From positions 48,050,001 to 48,114,000 of the forward strand of contig CM060732.1 in NCBI GenBank assembly GCA_030704615.1: 64,000 bases of DNA, written 5' to 3'. Shown here piece after piece: positions 11,330 to 22,900 of the stretch. How positions within the stretch are numbered: the stretch's first letter is position 1; every line of letters begins with the position of its first letter. A program made the translations under genes and the position numbers. The notes under the pieces are model-generated. The model had not been told where the DNA came from. It searched no databases and saw nothing but the letters and a program-made list of their open reading frames with translations. Source of the stretch: Takakia lepidozioides (Eukaryota > Plantae > Bryophyta).

Positions 11330-12760
11330 GGCCAGGGCTGCCAAGCTCACATTTGATGTAGATGTACACCAGGGGAAAGTTCAGAATGACATCTGGTACA
11401 ATTCCAGCTTTGATAATGTCACCATGAACCTCTTTGCCCCTTCCCAGGGCTGCTAGGCTCCCATATGCATATTACAAACACAAATAAACATGACCTGGTC
11501 TTGCTTCATCCCTTCCCACATCATTTGCTCCTAGGTTTCCAGAGCCTTAATCTCATACCCATGCTGCACATACCTTGCAATCATGGCACTCCAAAACACC
11601 ACATCTCGTTCAGCCACCTCTCTTGATCCTCTTTCAGAAGCTGTGGTCATGGTTGAGGCGACTGATTTTTCAACTGTGCCGTTGCAGCTGCTACCTTTAG
11701 TTGACCATCTACCCATGCAGCAGGTTTCTTGTAGCTATTGATCCACATAGAATCATAGGTAATTTGGAGCTTGAAGTCCGGCCCTCTAGGATGAATCTAG
11801 ACCCAAACTCTATCCCTGCTCCTTCAGCTATCCATGCCGCTGCACAAATCATTCATACATCCTTGCCTTGCTGCTAGCACCTGACAATGACAGCCTAGAT
11901 TTGTTCTAGGAAACACCCAACTCAACTTATCACTATGGTCAATTGTGGTACTCTCTGTAATCCAACAGACATTCACCTTTTTGCCTCGATTGTCCCACCA
12001 TGGACTGGGATCAGAAAAGTATTCATTCCACAGCTTCTCCTCGTCTCAGCTGTTACCTGTTTTCGGATACTTCCCTGATGTCACATTGGCAGTACCATGT
12101 CAAAGTCACTCCAAACTATCAAAGGTTCACTCAACGAGCTAACTTGCAGAATTCAATATGAAAATTTAGGGCCAATTCTGATAAGAGGGAAAAACAGGGT
12201 GAAAATGTGTTGAAGAAGGTGCCTTCATTAGCAGTGCCTGATTTTATCAATTGTGCCACTGTTGCTGCGGCTTCCAATTGACCATCTACCCATGCAAGTT
12301 TCTTGCAGCTATTGATTCACAGGGAATTATCGGTAATCGTGAGCTTGAAGTCCCGCCCTCTTGGATGAATCTGGACCGGCCAGACTCTACCCCTGCTCCC
12401 TCAGCTATCCAAGCTCTACACAAATCATGCATACATCTTTCCCTTGTCGCTAGCGGCTGACAATGACAGCCTACAATTGTTCCAGCAAACACCCAGCCCT
12501 ACTTATCACCCATGCAGAATTCAACATGCATCTCAGGGCCAAGTCTGATGAGAGGGCAAAACAGGCTGAAATGTGCCCTCACCACATTGTCCTTGAGGAT
12601 TTGACTGACCATCAGCGCAAAAGGACCTCTTGTGTGTGTTGTTTGTCTGTAGTCAGGTAATGTCGGATTGGTCTGTGAGAACCACCACGGTGCAACTAAG
12701 CAGGCAGAGATTGAAACACGGCCTGCTAAGACCTGCAAGCTGACTCTCCCAAGAACCTTG
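11330..12760 (-). pseudogene. Captured PDF-PDF-linker-PPR gene segment with introns (cargo of CACTA 2)
   Basis: Order on the minus strand: 5' exon, PDF module 1 (~12378), intron, EEKLWNEYFSDPSPWWDNRGKK (~11976), intron, PDF module 2, linker STMTTASERGSRE, then PPR VAERDVVFWSAMIARYVQHG. Confidence 0.8.
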
Positions 12761-13177
12761 TAAACATTAGGAAGAATACCAAATCATGGTACTCACAGGA
12801 GTCAAGAGCCCACCTTTGCAGGATGGACGAACTTCTTCACATCATACATTAAGAAAAACCACACCTGGCGATTGCGGTTGTCCCGCCATCGTGAAAGATC
12901 GGTATAAAACCCATGCAACCTCACATCACGAACGAGCTAACTTGCAGAATTCTACATGAAAATTTAGGGACTACTCTGGTAACAGGGAAAAATAGGGTGA
13001 AATGTGTTGAAGAAGGTACCTTCATGCCGCACGTTCAGCCATCTCCACATTGCCATGGATTCTGCAGGCACCAAGCAAGGCCTTCATTTTGCAAACATGT
13101 CGACCTCTTTCCCCTTTTCCAGAGCTGCCAGGCAGTGTTCACAATGACATTAGGTGCAATTCCAGCTTCGAACAAGG

Positions 13178-13700
13178 CACGGCCTGCTAAGACCAAGCTG
13201 ACTCTCTCTCTTGCACCAACGAGCTTACTTACAGATTTCAATATGCATATCAGGCCCGAGTCTGATAAGAAGGCAAAACAGGCTGAAATAGGTTGAAGAA
13301 GAAGGTGCCCTCATGGCCTGCTAAGACCAAGCTGACTCTCTCTCTAGCACCAACGAGCTAACTTACAGAATTCAATATGCATATCAGGCCCGAGTCTGAT
13401 AAGAAGGCAAAACAGGCTGAAATAGGTTGAAGAAGAAGGTGCCCTCACGGCCTGCTAAGACCAAGCTGACTCTCTCTCTTGCACCAACGAGCTAACTTAA
13501 CAGAATTCAATATGCATATCAGACCTGAGTCTGATAAGAGGGCAAAACAGGCTGAAATAGGTTGAAGAAGAAGGTGCCCTCACGGCCTGCTAAGACCAAG
13601 CTGACTCTCTCTCTTGCACCAACGAGCTAACTTACAGAATTCAATATGCATATCAGGCCCGAGTCTGATAAGAGGGCAAAACAGGCTGAAATAGGTTGAA
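13178..13700. repeat. Tandem repeat, ~134-bp unit x4, built from cargo exon sequence
   Basis: ggcctgctaagaccaagctgactctctctc starts at 13181, 13315, 13449 and 13584. Confidence 0.9.
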
Positions 13701-14227
13701 TCAGGAAATCAATCAGCGGGCTGCTAAGACCAAGCTGATTCTCCCAAGAACCTTGTAAACATCAGGAAGAATACCAAATCATGGTACTAACAGGAGCCAA
13801 AAGCCCACATTTGTAGGATGGACAAACTTCTTCACATCCTACATTAAGAAAAAGCCACACCTTGCGATTACGATTGTCCCACCATCGGCAAGGATCGGTA
13901 AAAAACTCATGCAAGCTCTGAAATAGGTCGAAGAAGAAGGTGCCCTCACCACATTGTCCTCGACCTTGTGTCATGACCCATGGAGGATTTGACTCCCCAT
14001 GAACCCAAACGGACCTCTTGTGTGTGTTGCTTGTGTCTGTAGTCTGGTAATGGTGGATTGGTCCATGAGAACCACCATGGTGCAGCTGAGCGAGCAGAGA
14101 TTGAAACACGAGCTAAGACCAACCTGACTCTCCCAAGAACCTTGTAAACATAAGGAAGAATACGAAATCATGGTACGTCTAACAGGAGCCAAGAGCCCGC
14201 ATTTGCAGGATGGACAAACTTCTTCAC

Positions 14228-14840
14228 ATCGTACATTGAGAAAAAGCCCCACCTTGCGATCGCGATTGTCCCACCATCGTGCACGCCTTCATGCCCCGAT
14301 TCTAGGGCTTGAGTCCCTGTCTGCCCCCTATCCCACCAGCTCCATTAGTCATCGTACATTGAGAAAAAGCCACACCTTGCGATCGCAGTTGTCCCACCAT
14401 CGTGCACGCCTTCATGCCCCGATTCTAGGGCTTGAGTCTTTGTCTGCCCCCTATCCCACCAGCTCCACTCGTCATCATACATTGAGAAAAAGCCACACCT
14501 TGCGATCGCGGTTGTCCCACCATCGTGCATGTCTTCATGCCCCGATTCTAGGGCTTGAGTCCCTGTCTGCCCCCTATCCCACCACCTCCGCTCGTCATTG
14601 TACATTGAGAAAATCCACACCTTGCGATCGTGGTTGTCCCACCATCGTGCACGCCTTCATGCCCCGATTCTAGTTGAGTCCATGTCTGCCCCCTATCCCA
14701 CCAGCTCCGCTTGTCATTGTACATTGAGAAAAAGCCACACCTTGCGATCGTGGTTGTCCCACCATCGTGCACACCTTCATGCCCCGATTCTAGATCTTGA
14801 GTCCCTGTCTGCCCCTATCCCACCACCTCCGCCCGTCGTC
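14228..14840. repeat. Tandem repeat, ~122-bp unit x5, containing the WWDNR exon end and intron start
   Basis: cat(c/t)(g/a)tacattgagaaaa starts at ~14228, 14350, 14474, 14595 and 14715. The minus strand reads RWWDNRDRK|gtgtgg (variants) in each unit. Confidence 0.9.
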
Positions 14841-17320
14841 TCTCATGATTAGACTTGACACTATAAGAAAACAAACACAGCTCTGTTATGTTTGTCTCTC
14901 ACGATCAAACTCGACACAAAGAAAACAAACAGATGCCACAGTGGCAGGGAAGACAAAAAAAACGCTTAGTCCCCTCTACTCATGACTGGATGGATGAATG
15001 TAGCGATAGATGGATGGATTTTGGGTTTTCCATCAACACACAAACCACTAAAGTTTTTCATATATCACCACAGAAGTAATACCAATCACGGGTGTGTATG
15101 TAATCACTCACGCGTAACCACTGACCGAGTGGTTCCAGTTACTAAATGGTCTGTAACCACTCACTCTACGCCACTCTCAAAGTGGTACCAATCAATGGGG
15201 GTCTTTAACCACTCTAGATCTACGTATACTATCCCCGTCCACGTGGAATATATAACATAATTAAAATATATTTCGAAATGATAAATATTAAATAAAAATT
15301 AATTATTACACGTGGAGTAGCAAGTGGTTTCAATCACCTCCCATCACTCAGGTGACTTCAACCACTCACATTCCACCACTATGCAAGTGGTACCAATCAC
15401 TGGGGGGTCTTTAACCACTCCAGATCTACGTATACTATCCTCGTCCACGTGGAATAATATATTTTGAAATGATAAAAATCTTAAAAAAAAGAATTGTTAC
15501 ACGTGGAGTAGAAAGTGGTTTCAACCATTTCCCATCAATGAGGTGTCTTTAACCACTCATAATTTACCGTCCATGTCGGATATTATCATTATTAATATAA
15601 ATATTTGACCACATGTCGAATAATAAAATATAAAATTAAATATTACACGTGGATTACTCAGTGGTTGAAACCACTTCCAACCACTCCATATGATGCCACT
15701 GTGGCATTTCATCGGAATTAACCACTGGCCAGTGGTTACCATTACTTGGAGTGATTTATAGAGTGGTAAAAGACAAGAGTGGTTAAGGGGGCCAGTGGTT
15801 ATTCCGCGTTTTCCTTTTAGTGAGAGTCCTACGTGCCTGAAGTGAGACCTTCTTTTATCAATGATGAAGTGGAGCATAGGGGTTCAGGGCCTGGGCCCTT
15901 TGTTGCTGTGGGAGCCAAGCCTAACAATGGTGCATGTGTGATGCCCCCATTTTTCTCACTCACTCGAGGCTGGCTAGAGCAAAGCCCAACGTAATACATC
16001 AAGAGCATCCAACTGCTTTGAGACCACTACTGGATATCCTGGTGGCTGAAGCCATCCCAACCGAGAAAAATACCTGACAGTTTATGGTGAAAAGATGACC
16101 AACTTTGAGGCAAGAAGGTGTTTGCATTACATGCTGCTGCCCCACTTGTTTCCCGTAGAGTAGTCGGCAATCCAACGTCAGCAACTGTGTTCTTCATACT
16201 AGAGCCTGATCTGTCGTGCAGTAGAGACTTTAAAGCGGAAGATGATATTGCCAACAGAGGCCAATTTGCAGGCATGTGTTCAGTTCCACGAAAAGTAGTG
16301 TGGTTATGGCTTCGATGTGGCCCCTGCCTTGATTGCAGTTGTAGAACTTGGGGAACTGGCTTCTGTCATTGTAGGGTCATCAAAGGTCTTCTTTCCTCGC
16401 TCTACTGAGCTATGGTAGTGCATAGACCCAAGCAGTCAACGCAACGACTACCCTCAAGAATTGTGGCATATTTTCCAATGTCCGTGGTGCTGAAGGCCAG
16501 CAGTCAATGACAGCCTCCCACACATAGTACGTATCATTCTACAAGTATGGGATTGTTTGTCTTGCATGTATTCATTGTATGCTTTATAATGGAACATTTT
16601 CTAGTGTGATTTCAGCGCAATGATGCTTCATCTGCTATGTCTGGAAGCATCTTTCCCATAATCTTTTTCAGCAAGCAGTTGGCATGTCTTCAGCTTTACG
16701 GACTGAGCTATGTATGGTGTCGCTTATAGATTGATCCAGTGTGTGCTGGTTAAACATATTCTACAATATAGCAGCTGTTGTCACTTGCTGATGCCTGCAA
16801 GTTTTCCTATCTTCTTTAGCGATGAATTCATGTCTTCAAATCTTTGCTTCTAAGCTGGGGCATGGCTGCGGTTTATAGGTGTGAGGCAGCGCAGATATTA
16901 CGTAAGGGTGGAAGTGCTCATTTGTCTGGGATGGTATTGGGAGAAATTTTCAAAATACTGCAGTTTGCTATCTCAGTGATGGGATGGCTGCACCCTGCAT
17001 CCCCAAGCACATGGGCGCCTTTGTCTGTCAGCCTTGCGAATATCTGTGAGTTTTCCAGTTTGCATCTTACCTCACCTATACCGTGTTCCCAGGTTTATGT
17101 GTCTGCCAAGATGCCAGACAGCCCTTTACTACCCTTTCCTCACAACCTAAATGTGGTGGGTGTCGCTGAGTCAAAGCGTGCAGCAAACGGACACCTGGAA
17201 ACTCTGGCTCCGTCCAATAATATTGCAAAAAGTATTCTGAAAAGCCTAGAAACAATTCGTAAGTTTGGCAACTAAGAGAGGCCAGAGAGGGTATGATATA
17301 AGTCTTATGTCTTATCCCCC

Positions 17321-18424
17321 GCACAACAGGGGCGCGGGATGGCTCAGGCCTTGGAGATCTATGAGCAAATGATGGGGGAGGGGGTGAAGTGCAACCACAT
17401 CACATTTGTGTGCGTTTGCAATGCTTGTGCAAGCCTGGCAGCCCTTGAAAATGGGAAAGGGTGCATGGTGACATCATCAAAGCTGGAATTGTACCAAATG
17501 TCATTCTAGACACTGCCCTGGTGGACATGTATGCGAAATGTGGGTGCATGACGATGCAAAGGGAGTATTTGACAATGTGGTTGAAATGTGGTGTCGTGGA
17601 ATCCGATGATCGCATGATATGCCCAGCATGGTTGTCATAGGGAGGTCCTTCAACTATTTGAAGGAATTCAAAAGAACGGCTTGAAGCCGGACTGTATCAC
17701 CTTTATATGTGTTCTCTCTGCATGCAACCACACTAGCCTACTGAATGAAGGAAGACGCTACTTCGAGTCCCTGAGTCAAGATCATGGTGTCACCCCGCCA
17801 GTAAAGCACTTTGGCTGTATGGTGGACCTTCTGGACGTGCGGGACAACTACATGAGGCAGTGGACCTAATTAATAAAATGCCAATCAATCCAAATGTTGT
17901 GGTGTGAAAGGTCTCAGTATCCGTGGCAATGTGGAGATGGCTGACTGTGTGGCAATATCTATCCTCAAGTGGGATGAACAGGATGCCGCGCTTATGTGTT
18001 GCTATATCAAACATCTATGCTACAGCTGGCAGGTGGGATGATACTGCAAAGGTGAGAAGAATGATGAAGGTCAGAGGGGTTAGAAAGGAGCCAGATGACA
18101 AGTTGCATCCCAGAATTAAGGAAATCCATGCTGAGCTGAGAAGATTGTCAGGGCAGATGAAGGAGGCGGGGTATGTGCCTGACACACGCTTTTTATTGCA
18201 TGATGTGGAGGAAAGGAATATTCTCTTTGCCACCACAGTGAGAAGCTAGCCATTGGTTTTGGGCTGATCAGCACGACTCATCAAGAATCTTCGAGTGTGT
18301 GGAGACTGCCACACCTCCACCAAATTCATCTCAAAGATTGTTGGCCGAGCAATTGTTATATGGGACGCTAACTACTTTCCACCACTTTGAAGATGGGATT
18401 TGTTCTTGTGGTGATTACTGGTGA
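17321..18424 (+). pseudogene. PLS-PPR-E-DYW RNA-editing factor pseudogene (C-terminal part)
   Basis: Same PLS family motifs (ACASLAALE, VHGDIIKAGIVPNVILDTALVDMYAKCG), then [60 protein letters not shown] and [14 protein letters not shown] (TGA at 18422-18424). Frameshifts; PG box deleted. Confidence 0.92.
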
Positions 18425-19931
18425 AAGGATGTTTTCTTGGAAAGATGCTAGTGTCTTGCTTCATTCATTGATCTGTGTAGCTAGTCGGACCATCCACCAT
18501 TTCCTGATAGCGGGGTCCACCCGGCATAGGTGGGAAGTCAGCCCACAATTGCACTTGACTGAAGGGGTGATTTTTGAGTGATTCTGGTGACAGTGGATGG
18601 AAATCAGAGTGTTGTCCTATTTCTGGTAGAGCTTCTCCAAAGCTCGAGGATGGAAGTGAATACGAATTTTAATGAGCTTGATGAGAGGGGCAGCCCTGTG
18701 CACAAGTTTGTTCAGCATCTTAAATTTGGACATGTTTGTTTGTTTCTTGTGGTGTGGCTTTGGATGGAGCCAAGGACGAACTTGCATGAATATTGTCAAA
18801 AGCTAGCCTTAACCCACCAAGATCCAATCCCATGGTGGATGCTTGAAAGTTCATATAGTGAATGTAAGGGTATTTGGGTATGTTGTTATTGATTGATGCG
18901 GCTTGTGAAAATTGAACATTGAAATGTAGATCCGCCATTTTTCTTCCAGGAACTCAAAATTCGTCGCTAGTAGTGCGGAGCAACGCGAAGCCCTAGTTAA
19001 AGCATTAGGACATCGAGGGGAGTGCAAGAAGCAGATGGTAGTGCGGTGGCTAGGTGATGTGTGTTGTTGAGATGAGGTCTGAGGTTGAAATCGTGACAGA
19101 ATAGGCGACTGATAGGTAGGTAGCACATGGAATTAATATATTTTTTCTTCTCCAAAATAATCCTAAGTCCAAGGTTGTCGCTACGCTTCCCTGTTCCCTC
19201 TGTCCCCTCCTTGTTCCCAGTCCCGCTCCCCTATCCCTGTCCCTTGTCCCCGCTCCCCTCCTCGCCTTATGGAACACGGCTCGCTCCCCTGTTCCTGGTC
19301 CTCGCCCCCGGTTCCTGACTCGCCGGGTTCCGACCCCGCTCCCCTACTCGCCCTGTGGATGCGGCTCGCTCCCCTATTCGCGGTCCCCGCTCCCCTGTCC
19401 CGGATGGGGAGCAAGGATCTTGGACTGGGAACACGGGAGCAAAATTGGAGAATGTTGGGGAACATGGTCCTGAAGGTGGGGAGCGTGAGGGAGGGAGGAG
19501 GAGGGTGTGGAGCGCTCCCCATCTTCACAATGGGGAAGACATTTGACAGGTAGTCTGCCGGAGCCTCCCTGAGCTCAGGCCAGCGGGCCCACCTGGGGAG
19601 CAAGGGGGGTGGGGATTTGACAGCCCTGCCGGAACGTCGCCGGTACGGCCATCCCCGGCGACCGTACCGGCAAGGCTCCCACGCTTGCATTCAACAAGCG
19701 TAGTCTGCTCCTTTCGTAAGGAGGATCCTACGCTATTTCCGAGGATGAACTTCATCCAAATCCTATAGCCGCTGTCCAAAGCAAAACCCCTCTCCAGTGG
19801 ACAGGCTGGGCTGGAGCTGTTCACTGAGCGAGGACTATGCTACGGGAAGGAGAGCTGCATTCTTTGATCTGGGCAAGCGACTGGGATCGGGGGTAAGGTT
19901 TATCAGCCTGGTGTTGAGAAAGGGCGGGAAG

Positions 19932-22900
19932 ATGGCTACCGGGCAGCAGGCAGGCGAGGATGGGGATTTGTTACAAAGTGTGGAGGCCTTCTTCCGGGAT
20001 ACGGAGAATGCGGTGCTCATGGCTTTCAGAGTTGCCAAAAGCCAGGCCTCTTGGAGTGTGGCTGGGAGACGGCCCCGCCTTACCACCAAACCCCGGATTC
20101 TGGTTCTCAATGGTACGTTTATTACTAAATCTGATGTCGGTGCTGGCAACGTACTCTGTGTTCCCTTCTCAGATAGAGATCTGGAAAGGGATCTTTGAGT
20201 GAGGATTCGAAATGGCCTGATGATGATAAGAGGTGAAGGTTGGTCGATTTGTTGACTCCAGACTGATCATGCTTGTCTTGAAAAGCAAATTCCATTGTTA
20301 TGATAAGATTTTCTGTGATTTAAACATATAAGACGGTATCTATGTTTCAAATTGGAGATTCCGGAAGCTGTTATGTCAACGTATAAGACTTCTTAATGTT
20401 TCAAAATTGGAAATTGGGGAAGCTGCTATGATATTTTTCTGCGCTCAAAAAACTCAACTGCAAGGTGAACAATGAGGCACTACTTGCCGTCCCTTTCTGA
20501 AGGGGAACCCTTGACCTACCTCGAACTAGAGTGTAATGACGACTCGTGGGAGTTTAATGGTTGGTAGACTCAAGTGTCGTGATGAGCATTGGGACATTCT
20601 CGAAATTCCTGAGAGCTGTCAGATTTTCATATGTATTATCAACATCCCTGTACACATGCAGAATGAATGCACACACACACCTTCACTCTAGCTCTGTCTC
20701 TTTTCCAAGCCTTGCATCAGAGAACTGTCAGTTTATCTTCTCAGTGTAACTGTTTCACTTGTATCTACAGAAGGGTAGATTATGGGCTTTAAGTTGTATC
20801 ATCGTTGTGAGCAGATTTAATTGTGCTTTAAATATTGGGTACCTCTTCAATGTGAATTCAGAGTTTCCTAGGATCTTACATTGATATATTTTGTTAAATC
20901 TTTTGTGAACTTGAAGTGTTGACAAGGAAAAACAAGTGTCAAGTCCCTTGTAAAACTTTGATGCTAAAAAGAGATTGAGGAACAAAGGTATGTAGTTCAG
21001 GAGATGCTGTGGATTATGGTGAGTTTGAAAGGCAGGGATTGTGGATGGGGCTGAGAAGTGTGCGGTTATAATAAGGAGTATGCTGCTTCAAAGTATCTTA
21101 AAGTTAATCATGTTGTTACACACGCTCAGTAGGATCTTGCATTGCATCTGATTTGCCTTGGATCTGCGATTGGAATAATCAATGGTTTGCAGCCATGCGC
21201 TCAACTTCAACACAGAAGTTCAAAGTGAAAATGCATGTTTTGAAGCAGTCCTCCGGTGGACTCCAGGTAAGTTGTTTTATTCTGAGCAACTTCACTTTGG
21301 CAGTGGTTTTCTACCTTTCCTCCCTCTAACACCCCCAAAACAAGAATTTGTACTATGTGTGCATCTATCTCTCTCCATTGGGATGTTTGTCTCTCAGCAC
21401 TTGTACATGCCTGCATTTCAGTATTCTGATGATCGCTCACATGTGTACGGTAAATGAGTGTCACTTTTGTTACACACCTGGAGATTATGATTGGATCATA
21501 CATAAATGTTATGTACCCCTTGTCAAAGGGAGGAGTGAGCTGAGGAAGTGCCTGTGTGCATGTGCAGCCTGCGAAAGTGTACAAGCTGAAACACCTGACT
21601 AAAGTAGAAGCGGTGCCAAGTGACAACAGTGGATGCACTTTTGTCTTGGTATGACCTGTTCATTCCTTCCCTGAGCTTTAATCTTGTTGACTAATGAGAC
21701 CTGTGGAATGGTCATGATGAGCACATGTGAGCATGTGCTTTCGCAGGGTTTTGACAATCTAAAAAACCAAAGGGTGGCTCCTCCTCAGTGGACCATGCGC
21801 GGTATTGATGACAGGCAAGCTAGCTGTTGGCCTATTGCTCTTCATCTCATGAGCTGCTAAAGTGTCTTAAAGGTTTTGGTTCCTATTTTTGGTTTGCATT
21901 ATAGAGCTCAGGATCTACTAGTCAAAGCATCTGTGCAAAACATCTTTTCAGAAACCAAAATGACTGATAACATGGCTGTGCGTTGGAATGGGTTGTGAGA
22001 TAGGAACCGGCTGCTGACGTGTATTTTGAAGTTATGTAAGGAGCACCTTGGGCGTCTGCCAAAGATCATCGGCATGGATGTCGTGGAAATGGCTTTATGG
22101 GCACAGGTGCTTCTGCTTCTCTTTGGTGTGTAGAAGCTGAAGCTGCAGTCAGTCGCAACACTGCTGCTTGTCCTTTATAACATCTTTGATCACACTGACA
22201 GAGCTGGGCTCCTTCATGTGTTTGTTGTAACTTTTGCGAAGATGCCAAATCAAGAAATTTTCTACCGATTATCACGGTTTAGTCCGTGCTGAGTCCATGG
22301 CAGTAATTTTCTGTTTGTGGGAGGGTTCAAGAATCTGCATGTAGTAGTGATATTTGGAACGGGTTACATGGTTGTATAATGATGTTGTGTAGGCAAATCC
22401 TAAGGCTCTGCCCATTGGAGGGCCAGTCCACACAGACTCAGCTGATGCTGGAGTTGGAGAGAAAGAAACACGAGTTTCTGTTGAAAGGGAACTGGTCTCC
22501 AAGACCGAGGAAGATGACATGGAGGCCCTACTCGGCACGTGCGTAGCTCCTCTCTCTCTCTCTCTCTCTCTCAACGTCTTATGAGTACATTCTCTCTCTC
22601 TCTCAATGGCGTTCCAGACCTTATGTTTGCAGATGACTTCGCAGGCATAGGGGAGATTTTTAATCTCCAGGAGTTGATTTATTGCCCAAAAAGAGATACT
22701 TTGACCTGTGGGTGCTAGAGGCTAATGTCAGTAAATGTGCACTGGTGGCATTCAACAACCGAGGAGAGGGAGGAGGTGATCTCAAGTGGCAGTGGGGAAG
22801 CCAAGAGATTCCAATCCTCTCTTCCTACACATACCTCAGCGTTGAGTTTTCCTCCAACTGTAATTGGGATGCACATATTCAGAAAGTTGTTCAAACTGGC

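Larger units (their letters stand above)
10597..15822. mobile_element. Non-autonomous Pack-type CACTA element 2, 5226 bp (different TIR family from element 1)
   Basis: TIRs CACTAGAAGGAAAACGCGGAATAACCACT and (rc) CACTAAAAGGAAAACGCGGAATAACCACT match at 28/29. Dense AACCACT/AGTGGTT subterminal repeats at both ends. The flanks (ATC / AGA) do not form a perfect TSD. Confidence 0.88.
9922..17050 (+). pseudogene. NYN-domain (Limkain-b1/MARF1-like, DUF537) protein pseudogene, split by CACTA element 2
   Basis: RKDASDKAILLDMIFWALDNPPPAHFLLISGDRDFANALHRL*MR (stop at 10050) and VWLWASL. After the insertion come AIPTEKN (~16050) and the family C-terminal RCEAAQILRK..LGEIFKILQFAISVMGWLHP..WAPLSVSLA (~16875-17040). 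Confidence 0.82.

Noticed and set aside
13178-14840. CRISPR-like arrays
   Set aside because: Whole units repeat with no unique spacers, the context is eukaryotic, and there are no cas genes.
9922-18424. PRORP-like PPR-NYN fusion
   Set aside because: The NYN domain is Limkain-b1 type, is not in frame with PPR, and the PPRs are PLS class.
18015-18424. U-to-C type (DYW:KP) editing domain
   Set aside because: The retained residues (KEP, HSE, CGDC, DYW) fit the canonical type and no KPAxA motif is seen.
20561-20749. Alternative SEC3 exon 2 ([22 protein letters not shown])
   Set aside because: 21193-21266 has better splice sites and matches the conserved ..K.SSGG.. segment in the correct phase.
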